Below are positions 39,742 to 50,272 of a DNA stretch of 64,000 bases, piece after piece; within the stretch, counting starts at the first letter, position 1; each line of letters begins with the position of its first letter. The notes beneath the pieces were generated by a model. That model was given only the letters and a program-made list of their open reading frames with translations, searched no databases and was not told the origin of the DNA. Location: assembly GCA_963829525.1 (NCBI GenBank), contig CAWHIJ010000003.1, positions 2,752,001 through 2,816,000 on the forward strand. Direction: 5' to 3'. The DNA comes from an uncultured Actinomycetota bacterium. GTDB lineage: Bacteria > Actinomycetota > Actinomycetes > JAHEKZ01. A program made the translations under genes and the position numbers.

Positions 39742-42714
39742 AGGCGCTCGATCGCGAAGCCATCCGCCGACTCAGGCCGCTCGAGACCAGCAGCGAACTC
39801 AAATCGGCGTGACCACTGTCCGCTGGCCCATGCAAGTGCGCGTGCCAACCCCTCCAGAGTTGCGGCGTGAACCTCACCGTCGTCGGTCACCCACCAGTCG
39901 ACAACCACGTCACCGATCACGAGCTCGTCGTGCTCACGGTACGTCTCTACGGACGCGTCACCGACGAGGAGCGGCGGCACTGGTCGTTCGACGCCCGACC
40001 CTTCGATCGTCGAGGCTGCACATGAAGCATCGTTGCTGATGTCTACGTCCAGCAGGTCGGCTAGTGCGCGAGTTCCGGGGATGTGAGGCGTTCGGAGGAC
40101 AAGGGCATGATGCGGAGCGCCTGCCACGATCACGTCTTCGGCATCGGAGAACACGATGGCTGCATCGACGACAGCGCGCACCTTCGATGGTGGATCCACG
40201 AGCTCGGGGCGATCGGTCGCTGCGATCTGCGAATACAGCTGCGCGAGCAGCTCGATGCCGATTTCGGTGTCAGCATCTGCCATCGAATCGAACAGCTCAT
40301 TGACTCCGTCGGGAGCCTGTAGCCAACGCTCGAGGGTGCTGTGCACGCCGATCGCCTCGAGCAGCTCCTGGCTGACCCCTGATGGTGTCTCGACCACAGG
40401 GAAGAACGGGGCAAGCCGATCGTCGCCGGGGATACGCACCTCGATCGGACTGAGGCCCTGCAGCAGCGGAGCCTCGCTGAGCCACCACGCGCCAGGTGAC
40501 GGCACTGCTACCCGGCGCCCGTCGCCGGCCAGCACGATGGTTGGTGCCAAGAGTGCGCGCATCACCTCCGGAACGGCGAGAAGCCCGGCGATGTCGGCCA
40601 GCGAGGAGCCATCGACCAATTCAATGCCACGCACGATGGTCACCTCCGGCGCGAGCAGCTCACCTGGGTCGTTGCTACCAGTGCGTTCGGCGACTGAGAT
40701 GCACCAGTCGCCCCCATCGGTCATCAGGTCGTCCCACGACTCAGGGTCGAGTGGCAGCTCGTGCAAGGTGACGGGCGTCAGTTGCGCCAGGACGCCGAGC
40801 GCGGCCCAAGCGGAGGCAGGTGCGGTGTCGGCAGCCGCATCGGCCAGGCGCGGCGCCTCCACTCCTGCAACCGCATCGAGCGCCGAACCCGGAAGCACTA
40901 CCGAAGCCGCCGGACTCCAGCCTCCATCACGCGTGGGCACCGGGAGATCAGCAAGATCCACGAGTTCGCCGGGGGTGACATCTGCGTCCATCAGAAGGCG
41001 GACAGCGGCCGAAACCATCGCACGAGCTTCGGCAGGATCAAACTCGACGGCATCTTGAACCCTCCGCACGAATGCGCCGTCGAGAACCGTGACGACGTCG
41101 AACGAACGCGCACCGAGCCGCTCCAGCAATGGATGCTCCGCATCGGTGTGCACGACATCGACCCCGAGCTGCGCGAGCAGGCTGCCGTGTTCTGCGGCAA
41201 GCATGGTGGTTCGGGCACCACGTACCAGCCGGCCATCGGCCAAGGGCACCGGCAAGCCTTCCCAGACCCGAGCATCCAGGCGCTGCACCTCGTCGTAGAT
41301 GGCCCTCCACTGGGCTGGCGAAATGTCCAGGGGCGCCAGCGAGTCCCACACCTCGGACATCGGGCGGGTCACCAACCCGAGACTGCGAAGCTCCTCCCCA
41401 ATCCAATCGGGATCGACGAGGTCCACCAGATGATCGGCAAGGACCCGCACGACACCAGGATCAGCTGGCTCGAGCGCGACCAGATCAGCCGGGCGTTCCA
41501 GATGGCCGTCGCAGGCTCGAGGCACCCAGCTAGACCCCGCCAGTCGGTCGCGGACCCGTTCTCGAACCAGATGGTCGATCGGCCCGACGAGCGCCGCCGG
41601 CGGAACGAGCGTGAGAGCCACCCTGCCGTGCTCGCGCGCGATGTCCAGCACCAGCGAGGCGTAGGCGATCGCAAGCGCTTCGACCACGGCTGTCGTCCGT
41701 GCTCCTTCGGCTATGTGCCGACGTGACGAGTCCAGACGAAAGTCGGCGATTGCCACAACGGGCAGACCCCATGGCTCAACGGTCGGCGTCGGTGCATTGA
41801 CGACCCGGGCCAACGAGCCCGGCAACGGCAGTGGCATCCCGAGCTCGGTGACTGGCAGCACCACGGACGCAATCCACTGCCGGCGCAAAGCTTCTTCGTG
41901 CGCGATGGTCTCGTCATCGTCGGTGACCCCGCCCACGATGCCCGCCCATTTCCACCACGACGACTGTTCGTCGCGCCGTATCAACCACGGGCTGGTGCTG
42001 CGGTCGACCACCCAGGTATGCCCTTCGAAGGTTTCCGTGCCGGCAGTTTCCGTGCCGGCGATCTCGATCCTCACCTCGCCCAGGTCGGGCAACGAAAGCA
42101 GCAGCACCTCGTCGATTGCGCTAACAGCTTCGATCGCCAGCTGTCGTGCTGCGTCGTCACGCCACGGCAGCACGACAGCTGTGTCGTATTCATCTGGTGG
42201 AGCGGCATCAGTCGGAAACGGAACTCGCAGTGCCGGCGGTTGGCGCTGCTCGAGGAGCAAGGCAAGTTCGGCATCCTCATGCATGAGCTGCGTCGTGGCT
42301 GCTCTGTCGAAGCGAACACCACCATCGCGTGATCGCACCTCGGGAGTGTCGGTGATGGCGAGGACTGCGGCGAAACCAACCCCGAACCGGCCGACCGACC
42401 CCTCCGACTTGCTCGATGCGCGCATCGCCGCGAGTGACTCGACGCCAGCGCGGTCGAGGGGCGCGCCGACGTTGGCTGCGGTCAGACCGTCGGCATCGAG
42501 GCGGAGCAGCAAGCGCCCACTTACCCCCGGCTCGAGCGGCGTCCGAGGCGTTCTGGGCAAGCTCGACGACCAACCGATCTCGATAGGCGCCCAGGGCGTA
42601 GTCCTCTTCGACATTGGCGTCCTCGCGAAATCTCGTCGGCGACGCTCGCCACGCTTCGAGCACCGCGGCACGCAGTCGCGCAGTGCCGAACGGGTCAGCT
42701 TTGGTCGAGCTCAA
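39729..42714 (-). CDS. Sacsin/GHKL (HATPase-like) N-terminal domain protein; one indel near 42520
   Basis: DPFGTARLRAAVL.AW..PTRFREDANVEED..YRDRLVVELAQNASDAA, AANVGAPL, SSK, VGRFGVGFAAV. Confidence 0.82.
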
Positions 42715-43591
42715 CGGCCAGCTCGGGAGCGACCGACGTCTCGCGGGCAACCGGCTCGAAGCCGACTTCGTCGATCACCGGCTCCGGCCGCTCGGCCATG
42801 GCGGGAACGACGACCGCCTCCGAGTGGGCACCGCAGCCGTGCCCAAGGCTGACGACGTGACCGTCGCTTGGCGAGATCTCGTTGGCGCACAGACCGAATG
42901 CCTGCCCCAGCGTTCCCCGGATCGGAACCCGAAAGCCGCAGGTCGCGCACAGGGCTGGGGCCGACTGTGCGATGGGGGCATCGGCGCCGTGAGGGCCGGC
43001 GCTCCACCGGTCGACAGCGTCATCGAGGCCTATCGGGCTGAGAACCCGTGGACGCATAAGGTCGAGCTCGACCGAAAGGGCCAAGATGGCGTCGGCATCG
43101 ACCCAGCCATCGAGGCGGCCTTCATCGCCGCTATCACCTTCGTCGATCTCATCATCGGTCCCACCTTCGATCTCGGCGATCTCGGCGTCGATGTCTTCTC
43201 TCGCGTTCCAGCCTGGCTCGAGCCTGGGGTCGTCCTCATCGGTCGGAAGAAGATCGCCAACCCCGAGGTCGCCGGGGCGAAGCCTCTCAGTCCAAGGCAC
43301 CCAGGGCGGCGACAGTAATGACTGCGAGCCGGGAAGCAGCACGGCCTCGCCAACGCTGACGCTCTTGCTGCGTGAGGCTCGCATGATGGTGACGGCCCAA
43401 CGCCAGCCGCGGTATCCAGGAAGAGTCGCCTCGAACGAGTGCAGCACCATGCGCTCCTCTTCGGGCTCGACGCCCAAGTGCGCACCGACGGTGCCGTCGG
43501 GCGCAACCTCCGCGAGCGCTTCGCGCGCCACCTCAACGGCATCGGCGCAGATGGGGTCGAGGACGGGGGTCTTGCCGGACAAGAGGGTCAC
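42695..43591 (-). CDS. DUF3027 family protein
   Basis: PGYRGWRWAVT, PWVPWTERLRPGDLGVGDLL, CATCGF..FGLCANE..GHGCGAHSE. Confidence 0.9.
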   Translation of the reverse strand: MTLLSGKTPVLDPICADAVEVAREALAEVAPDGTVGAHLGVEPEEERMVLHSFEATLPGYRGWRWAVTIMRASRSKSVSVGEAVLLPGSQSLLSPPWVPWTERLRPGDLGVGDLLPTDEDDPRLEPGWNAREDIDAEIAEIEGGTDDEIDEGDSGDEGRLDGWVDADAILALSVELDLMRPRVLSPIGLDDAVDRWSAGPHGADAPIAQSAPALCATCGFRVPIRGTLGQAFGLCANEISPSDGHVVSLGHGCGAHSEAVVVPAMAERPEPVIDEVGFEPVARETSVAPELAVELDQS

Positions 43592-43677
43592 AACCAGCAA
43601 GGGTAGCCTCGAGTACCGGTGCGAGAGGCGCCGCGCCCTCCAACACTTGCCCCAGAGCGAATCGGAGCCGTGTCCTG

Positions 43678-44187
43678 ATGCCGTCCCGTCGTGCCCGTCG
43701 TGCCCTTCTGGCCGCGCTGGCAGGCGTCCTGAGCCTGCTGTCCCTCTCAGCCTGCGAGGAGCCCGCCCCTGGGGCAACGGTGTTCTCCGGGTCCACCTCA
43801 GCCCATCGTGAGGCGATCTGCTGGTCATTCGATGCCTCCCAAGCCGCCGACAAGAGCGACTGCTCGCTCGACCTCGACACGCAACCCGCAGGTGATGCGG
43901 CTCAGGCGCTACTCGACGAGATCGCGATCATCCCCACGACTCCCGGCGAGACGGTGGGCATGAGTGTCGACCCCGATGTCGCAGCCAACGGTTGGGTTGT
44001 CTCGATCAACGGCAGGTCTTTGAACCGCAAGCCCGTGACCGAGAAGTACTTCCGCTTCACGATGCCCCCGCAACCGCTCCGGCAAGGCGACGCACAGCTG
44101 GTCATTCAGGCGTTGACCGAGGATGGTTCGGAGGTACGCGGTTCTTGGCTCTTCGGCCTCTCGGACGCAAGCAGCGACGAGAGCTAG
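43678..44187 (+). CDS. Lipoprotein, DUF2771-like
   Basis: Lipobox LSAC; P.ATVFSG; VGMSVDPDVAANGW; fits local synteny. Confidence 0.6.
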   Translation: MPSRRARRALLAALAGVLSLLSLSACEEPAPGATVFSGSTSAHREAICWSFDASQAADKSDCSLDLDTQPAGDAAQALLDEIAIIPTTPGETVGMSVDPDVAANGWVVSINGRSLNRKPVTEKYFRFTMPPQPLRQGDAQLVIQALTEDGSEVRGSWLFGLSDASSDES

Positions 44188-44565
44188 CTAGTCGAGGTCG
44201 TCGGCCACCGCGCGCAGCAACTTGGCGACTTTTTCCGCCTCAGGAGCTGCCGGTGCCTTGCCGCGTCGGAGCCCGTTGCCGAGCTTGTCGAGCAGCTTGA
44301 TGAGGTCCTCGACGATGATCGCCATGTCCTCAGGGGGTTTGCGCGCAGTTGTCACGCCAACCGGTACGTCGAGAACACGCACCGACAGTGCCTGCTCGCC
44401 GCGACGCCCTTCAGCGACGCCGAACTCGACGCGCGAACCCGGCTTGAGGGCGGTGAGGCCCTCCGGCAGCGCGGACTGGTGGACGAAGACCTCGCCGCCG
44501 TCGTCCCGACTGAGGAACCCGAATCCCTTTTCGGTGTCGAACCACTTGACCTTGCCCGTGGGCAC
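44188..44565 (-). CDS. cspB: Cold-shock protein with C-terminal extension (CspB-like)
   Basis: PTGKVKWFDTEKGFGFL..VFVH; IIVEDLIKLLD..LLRAVADDLD. Confidence 0.9.
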   Translation of the reverse strand: MPTGKVKWFDTEKGFGFLSRDDGGEVFVHQSALPEGLTALKPGSRVEFGVAEGRRGEQALSVRVLDVPVGVTTARKPPEDMAIIVEDLIKLLDKLGNGLRRGKAPAAPEAEKVAKLLRAVADDLD

Positions 44566-44708
44566 GGCACACCTCACACGTCTCGTTGAACCCTCGCCCC
44601 GACCAAGCAGGACGCAGCCCCGCGGCTGCAGGGTGACCCCCAGGGTAGTGACAGAACAGGGCGCAGCCCCAACCGGTTTCGGCCAAGGGCCCTCCCTACC
44701 CTGGATTC

Positions 44709-44969
44709 ATGAGCGCACCCGGCGACACCAGCCCTTCCCGTTCGGACGTCGCAGTGCGCGTCGGAGCTGTCCTCGTCGCCATCGGCGCTCTGGCCGCGAT
44801 CGCCACGCTGGTGCCGCTCTTCTCAGGTCTTGATCCGCTTCCGGTCGGCGTCTACCTCCTCTGTTTCCTGGCCCCACTTGGCCTGGCAGTGATCTTGGTT
44901 GCCCTCTGGCAGCGCGCCAGAACGCGTTCGGAACGCATCCGGGCGGCTGCCCAAGATCACCCTGAATAG
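44709..44969 (+). CDS. Small two-TM hypothetical protein
   Basis: Two hydrophobic segments; leaderless TACCCT-N6-ATG. Confidence 0.7.
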   Translation: MSAPGDTSPSRSDVAVRVGAVLVAIGALAAIATLVPLFSGLDPLPVGVYLLCFLAPLGLAVILVALWQRARTRSERIRAAAQDHPE

Positions 44970-45012
44970 CTAGCGACCACCGCTTCGACCGGCATCGCCT
45001 ACCGTGGGGCAG

Positions 45013-47304
45013 ATGACCACGCGACCACCCGGACCACGCAGCCTTGCCGAGGACCTGCGGGGACGCGATGACCGGGCCCTTCAGTCGCTGGTCCAACGTC
45101 GACCCGACCTCGCCGTCCCCGCGCCAGGCGATCTCTCGCAACTGGCCGGACGCTCGGTCACAGCGGCTTCGACGTCGCGGGCGCTGGACCACCTGACCCG
45201 CTTCGGACTGCAGGTCCTGGAGGCTGCTGTCGTCTGTGCAGAACCCTTCTCAGCGGCAGAGCTTTTCGCGCTGCTACCCGACACCCCGCAGGTCGACGTG
45301 ACACGGCAGCTCGACGACCTCGTCCTGCTGGCCCTGGTGTGGGGCGAGCCGGACGGCTGGCGTCCCACCGTCGCCGCCCGGGAGACGGTGGGGCGCTTCC
45401 CCGCTGGCCTCGGGCCCCCGTTGGCGCTGCTCGGTGGCGGGGGCCTCGAGCCCCTGGTCGCAGCGATGGACGAGGCCCCCGCCGACGCACGTGAGGTCGT
45501 CGACGCCCTTACCTGGTCGAACCCCACGGGCCGCGTCAAGGATGCCGACCGCGTCGTGACGCCCGAGTCGGCCAAGACACCCGTCGAGTGGCTGCTGGCC
45601 AGGGGGGTCCTGCGACCGCTCGACAGAGGAACCGTCGTACTTCCGCGCGAGGTGGCCCTGCACCTGCGGTCCGGACGTCTGCACCTAGCAGTAGCCACAG
45701 AGGCGCCGGCGGCCGAGCTGCACCATCACGATCCTGTCGTCGTCGATCGTCTGGCGACCGGTACCGCCGACGAGCTCGTTCGCCGCGTGACCACCCTGCT
45801 GGAGCGCTGGGCGGTGGCTGCACCACGGGTGCTTCGATCCGGGGGGCTCGGGGTCCGAGACCTTCGCGCCGCTGCGGTCCTGCTCGATGTCGACGAGCAG
45901 CTCGCGGCCCTCGTCGTTGAGGTCACGTGGGCAGCTGGCCTGCTCGCAACAAGTGGTGAGGCTGACGACGAGTGGCTGCCGACCCCTGCCTACGACCTGT
46001 GGCGCACTCGCTCGGTCGCTGAGCGATGGGTCCAGGTGGTCGGGGCGTGGCTGAGCACATCACGTGTGGCCAGCTTGGTCGGCACCGTCGCCGCGGCTGA
46101 CACGCGCATCAACGCCTTGACTGCGGAGGCCGAACGTGTGGTGGCTCCCGACATTCGACGTTGGGTACTGCAGGACCTGGCCGAGTTCGATGCTGGAACG
46201 GCTGCCAGTGTCGAGTCGATGGTGCACCGTCATGAGTGGCGGCGCCCACGACGCGGTGGTCGCCTCCGCGACGACCTCGTCCGGTGGACGCTTCATGAGG
46301 CCAACGCTGTTGGAATCTGCGCTCGCGGAGCCCTGAGCGGTTTCGGCCGCCTGCTGCTCGATGGTGCGACGGCCGACGCCGAGTCGGCGTTGTCGGCGCT
46401 ACTCCCCGACCCCGTTGACCACGTTCTGTTGCAGGCCGATCTCACGGCGGTTGCGCCAGGACCACTCCGCGACGACCTGGCCCGGTCACTGTCGCTGCTC
46501 GCCGACGTCGAGTCCTCAGGTGGTGCAACGGTCTACCGGTTCAGCGAGGGTTCGGTGCGTCGGGCGCTGGACGCGGGGCGTTCAGCAAGCGAGTGTCAGG
46601 CATTCCTTGCAGGAGTCAGTCGCACTCCGGTTCCGCAGCCACTCAGCTACCTCATTGACGATGTCGCGCGACGCCACGGCCTCTTGCGCGTTGGCAGCGC
46701 CAACTCCTACCTCCGCTGCGACGACCCGGCTGTGCTCGATGAGCTGATGGCCGGCCGCTCCAGTGAGACGCTACGACTGCGCCGGCTGGCTCCGACCATC
46801 GTGGTGACCCCCACCACCCCAGATGTGCTTCTCGAGCGCCTCCGCGAGCTCGGGCTGGCGCCAGCCGCTGAGGGGGGCGACGGAAGCGTCGTCGTCTCCA
46901 GCCGGGAGGAGCGCCGCACGGGTCCGCGCGGCGTCCCTGCGGTGCTGACCAACGACCCACCAGCCCCGCCGGAGGCCGTGGCCGCGTCTCTCGTTCGGGC
47001 GCTCCGGGCTGCCGAGCGTGGGGCATCCCGCGGGCCTCGCACCTTGGGCCCCGGCCTCGGTGCCCATGTCCCTCGAACGGCGATGACCGAGACCATGGAC
47101 GTGCTGCGACAGGCGGTTGAGTCGGGGGCGTCGGTGTGGCTGGGCTACGTCGACAACGACGGCATCTCGGCAGAGCGAGTCGTCGACCCGGTCACTTTGT
47201 CCGGTGGACAACTGACTGCGTACGACCACCGATCCGACGGCGTGCGCCGGTTCGCGGTGCACCGGGTGACCGGAGTTGCACCGCTTGCCGAAGCGGGCCG
47301 ATAG
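45013..47304 (+). CDS. XPB-associated helicase-C3 domain protein with C-terminal WYL domain (Rv0862c-like)
   Basis: RRPDLAVP.P, LRSGGLGVRDLR, LLQADLTAVAPGPL, ESSGGATVYRF, PQPLSYLIDDVARRHG; WYL GYVD..ERVVDP..FAVHRV. Confidence 0.9.
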   Translation: MTTRPPGPRSLAEDLRGRDDRALQSLVQRRPDLAVPAPGDLSQLAGRSVTAASTSRALDHLTRFGLQVLEAAVVCAEPFSAAELFALLPDTPQVDVTRQLDDLVLLALVWGEPDGWRPTVAARETVGRFPAGLGPPLALLGGGGLEPLVAAMDEAPADAREVVDALTWSNPTGRVKDADRVVTPESAKTPVEWLLARGVLRPLDRGTVVLPREVALHLRSGRLHLAVATEAPAAELHHHDPVVVDRLATGTADELVRRVTTLLERWAVAAPRVLRSGGLGVRDLRAAAVLLDVDEQLAALVVEVTWAAGLLATSGEADDEWLPTPAYDLWRTRSVAERWVQVVGAWLSTSRVASLVGTVAAADTRINALTAEAERVVAPDIRRWVLQDLAEFDAGTAASVESMVHRHEWRRPRRGGRLRDDLVRWTLHEANAVGICARGALSGFGRLLLDGATADAESALSALLPDPVDHVLLQADLTAVAPGPLRDDLARSLSLLADVESSGGATVYRFSEGSVRRALDAGRSASECQAFLAGVSRTPVPQPLSYLIDDVARRHGLLRVGSANSYLRCDDPAVLDELMAGRSSETLRLRRLAPTIVVTPTTPDVLLERLRELGLAPAAEGGDGSVVVSSREERRTGPRGVPAVLTNDPPAPPEAVAASLVRALRAAERGASRGPRTLGPGLGAHVPRTAMTETMDVLRQAVESGASVWLGYVDNDGISAERVVDPVTLSGGQLTAYDHRSDGVRRFAVHRVTGVAPLAEAGR

Positions 47305-47314
47305 CCTCATTCCC

Positions 47315-48418
47315 GTGACCGAAGAGACACAGGCCTCGTTCCTGCAGCGTGCTGTCTCCGGGGCTGTGGACGCCACTGTCGGTCGGGTCGAGGATCGGGT
47401 CGTCGCTTCGACGAAGGGCGTCATCGACGACCTTGAGCCGTACCTCGCCGAAGAGACGGTTCCACGGATCGTCGACGCTTTGATGCCGTACCTCATCGAG
47501 CGAGTGGTTCCCGAGGTCATCGCGGGGCTGACCGATCGGCTGGCTACCGAGACGGGGCCCGAGATCGTCGAGGGGATGACCCCCCAGCTGGCTGACGAGC
47601 TGGTTCCCGTCCTGCTCGAGCGGATGCGGCCCTACCTGGAGACCGAGCTCGTGCCTGCCGTCGTCGATGGCCTGACGCCGTACATCATCGACAAGGCCGG
47701 ACCGCAGATCGTTGCGGGACTACTCCCCTACATCCAGGCGGAGGTCGTGCCGCAGATCCTTGACGAGTTCGTCGACGACCCCCGGGTGCGCGACCTGATC
47801 CGCGAGCAGAGCCTCGGGTTGCTGTGGGACGCAGTTGAGGCATTGCGCTCCGGGCTAGCCAGAGCAGACGACCTCGTTGAACGCGTGGTTCGCCGGCTCT
47901 TCTTCCGCAGTCCAGTGCCGGATGGGGTGCCCAGCGACAACATTCCGCCCAAGCGCCACCGCTCTCACGCCGGGATCATCTCGCGCTCAGCCGGTGCCGG
48001 ACTCGATCTGCTGATCATTTCGCTCGTTGCCGCGCAAGGCTTGGCTACCGCCCTCTCGCTCATTGGATCAGTCGTCGACCCAATTCCGAAGTGGCTCATT
48101 GCCATCCTCAGTTTCCTTTTCGCGTGCCTCGGGCCGCTCTACCTCGTCGTGGCCTGGCGAGCCATCGGGCGCACCATCGGTGGCGCCGTCGCCGGCTACG
48201 CCGTCATCGCCCCGGACGGTGAGCAGCTGGGAGTCTTCCGGGCGCTGGTACGCGCGTGCTTGAGCTTCTTCCTCATGCCGGTCTGGGCGTTTGGCATGTT
48301 GGGGACGGTGTTCAACCCGCTGCGGCGATCCTGGGGCGACCAGTTATTGGGGTCGCAAACGCCCTATCTCGTGCATACCGAGAACAGGACTTCCCGCATG
48401 CCTTCCCAGTGGGTCTGA
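47315..48418 (+). CDS. RDD-family membrane protein with N-terminal 16-aa helical repeats
   Basis: HAGIISRSAGAGLD..GRTIG..RALVR..RRSWGD RDD domain; seven L.PY-type repeats upstream. Confidence 0.75.
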   Translation: MTEETQASFLQRAVSGAVDATVGRVEDRVVASTKGVIDDLEPYLAEETVPRIVDALMPYLIERVVPEVIAGLTDRLATETGPEIVEGMTPQLADELVPVLLERMRPYLETELVPAVVDGLTPYIIDKAGPQIVAGLLPYIQAEVVPQILDEFVDDPRVRDLIREQSLGLLWDAVEALRSGLARADDLVERVVRRLFFRSPVPDGVPSDNIPPKRHRSHAGIISRSAGAGLDLLIISLVAAQGLATALSLIGSVVDPIPKWLIAILSFLFACLGPLYLVVAWRAIGRTIGGAVAGYAVIAPDGEQLGVFRALVRACLSFFLMPVWAFGMLGTVFNPLRRSWGDQLLGSQTPYLVHTENRTSRMPSQWV

Positions 48419-48421
48419 GTC

Positions 48422-49708
48422 CTACACCAGGTAACGCAGCCACAGATAGGGAACGCAGAGCGCGACACTCACCACCACGATGAGTAGCCCGTAGCGGGTG
48501 AACTGCCAGAACGAGATCGGATGACCGTAGCGCTTGGCGATACCGATCACGACGACGTTGGCGCTGGCCCCGATGGCCGTTGCATTTCCACCGAAATCGG
48601 CGCCAAGTGCCAGCGACCACCACAGCACGTTTCCGGGGTTCAGCGCCGGGTCGTTGGTGGCGAGCTGGTCGACGACCGGCGACATCGTTGCCACATAGGG
48701 AATGTTGTCGACGATGGCCGACAGCGCAGCGGACCCGAAGAGGATGCCAAAGGTGGCGGCGACCGGGTCGCCGCCAACGGCGTCGGTCAGTGCCGTGGCG
48801 ATCGCATCGATCGCGCCGACCTCAACCAGCGCCCCGACGAGAACGAAAAGCCCCATGAAGAAGACGAGTGTCTCCCACTCCACCTGCTTCATGTACTCAT
48901 CGGTTGGACCAGGGACGGCAAGCATCATCGCCCCGCCGCCGAGCAGGGCGACGATCGACGGCTCGATCCCCAACGTCCGCTGCAGGACGAAGCCGATGAG
49001 CACCAGCGCAAGAACCGCCAGACCGCGGACCAACGCCTGTGGGTCCTCGATGGCTTCACGCTCGTCGAGCCGCATGACTGACTGGGCTGCCTCGGGGTCA
49101 TAGGTGAACGCGTCCCGGAACACGAACCGGGACAGCAGAAGGAACGCGACCATGACGATCACGACGATGGGCCCGAGGTTGACCACGAAGTCCATGAACG
49201 ACAGGTCGGCGCGGCTCCCGATGATGATGTTGGGCGGATCACCGACCAGCGTCGATGTGCCACCGATGTTGGAGGCGAGCACCTCAGCGATGAGGAAGGG
49301 GATCGGGTTGAGCTTCAGCCGGCTGCAGACAAGCAGCGTTACCGGAGCGACCAGCAGCACCGTCGTGACGTTGTCGAGGAGCGCGGAGGCAACCGCCGTC
49401 AGAGTGCAGAGCAGTACGAGGAGCGGATACGGGTGTCCCCGTGTGCGTTTGGCGCTCCAGATCGCGAGGAACTCAAAGAGTCCGGTCCGCCGCAGCCCGG
49501 CGACCACAAGCATCATTCCCAGCAGCAAGAAGATGACGTTCCAGTCGATGCCGGTCTCCCGCGAGTAGAACGCCTCCTGCGCGCCCACGATCCCGAGCAC
49601 GAAGACGGCAGCAACACCACCCAGCGCTGCAACTACGCGGGGAACACGCTCGGTGGCGATCAGCGCGTAGACGACGACAAAGACCGCGACTGCGAGCGCT
49701 GCAGTCAT
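48422..49708 (-). CDS. ArsB/NhaD-family (P-protein-like) transporter
   Basis: IDWNVIFLLLGMM, SALLDNVTTVL, SNIGGTSTLVGDPPNIII, SAIVDNIPY, GGNATAIGASANVV. Confidence 0.92.
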   Translation of the reverse strand: MTAALAVAVFVVVYALIATERVPRVVAALGGVAAVFVLGIVGAQEAFYSRETGIDWNVIFLLLGMMLVVAGLRRTGLFEFLAIWSAKRTRGHPYPLLVLLCTLTAVASALLDNVTTVLLVAPVTLLVCSRLKLNPIPFLIAEVLASNIGGTSTLVGDPPNIIIGSRADLSFMDFVVNLGPIVVIVMVAFLLLSRFVFRDAFTYDPEAAQSVMRLDEREAIEDPQALVRGLAVLALVLIGFVLQRTLGIEPSIVALLGGGAMMLAVPGPTDEYMKQVEWETLVFFMGLFVLVGALVEVGAIDAIATALTDAVGGDPVAATFGILFGSAALSAIVDNIPYVATMSPVVDQLATNDPALNPGNVLWWSLALGADFGGNATAIGASANVVVIGIAKRYGHPISFWQFTRYGLLIVVVSVALCVPYLWLRYLV

Positions 49709-49715
49709 GTGTCTG

Positions 49716-50168
49716 TCATGCCTGCGTCATGGCAGCGCCGAGAACGTGGCGGGCCGAGACCGTCCCGATCGCCCTCCCGTCAGGGCCGGCAACCACTAGT
49801 AGCGGGACGTGCAGCCGGGCCATCAGGGCGGCCACCTCGAGCAGAGTGGCATCGTGGGCGACAGTGCCCAGAAGATCGGGCTCGGCATCGTCGAGAACGG
49901 CCTGGACGGTCAATCCCGCTAGTTCATCGACCAGCCGGTCCGCGGCTGCTTCATCGACGACTCTGGCCAGCGACGGGTCGTCCTTGATGTAGGTGGGCAC
50001 TGCCAGACCGAGAACTTGCGACGCGGGCAGGATGGCCAGAGGGCGCCCGTCATGGGAGACCACGGCCAGCCCCGGGAGCGCTTCTGCAACCAAACGACGC
50101 GCCGCATCCAGCACCGTGTCGGTGGTCAGCACCAGCCCGACGGGCTGGGCCAAATCAGCGGCGATCAC
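49716..50168 (-). CDS. CBS-domain protein (Rv2683-like)
   Basis: LDAARRL..LPGL.V..PASQVL..VP.YIKDDPSLARV..ATLLEVAALMAR; leaderless TACGCT-N6-GTG. Confidence 0.85.
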   Translation of the reverse strand: MIAADLAQPVGLVLTTDTVLDAARRLVAEALPGLAVVSHDGRPLAILPASQVLGLAVPTYIKDDPSLARVVDEAAADRLVDELAGLTVQAVLDDAEPDLLGTVAHDATLLEVAALMARLHVPLLVVAGPDGRAIGTVSARHVLGAAMTQA

Positions 50169-50272
50169 GGCCGTAGCGTACTGCCGGAACAGCGGGCCCC
50201 GACGCGATGTTGGACACTGAGGCAGGACCCTTTGGTTCCGTACACCGTTCAAACACCATTCGAGGAGCACGC

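Noticed and set aside
39729-42714. Anti-phage defence system (sacsin/GHKL ATPase)
   Set aside because: It sits in a conserved core synteny block with no nuclease, methylase or other defence genes adjacent.
48422-49708. Arsenic-resistance operon linked to the ArsR and the Mo enzyme
   Set aside because: There is no arsC or acr3, the ArsR lacks the As-binding CxC motif and lies over 40 kb away, and the ArsB/NhaD family is broad.
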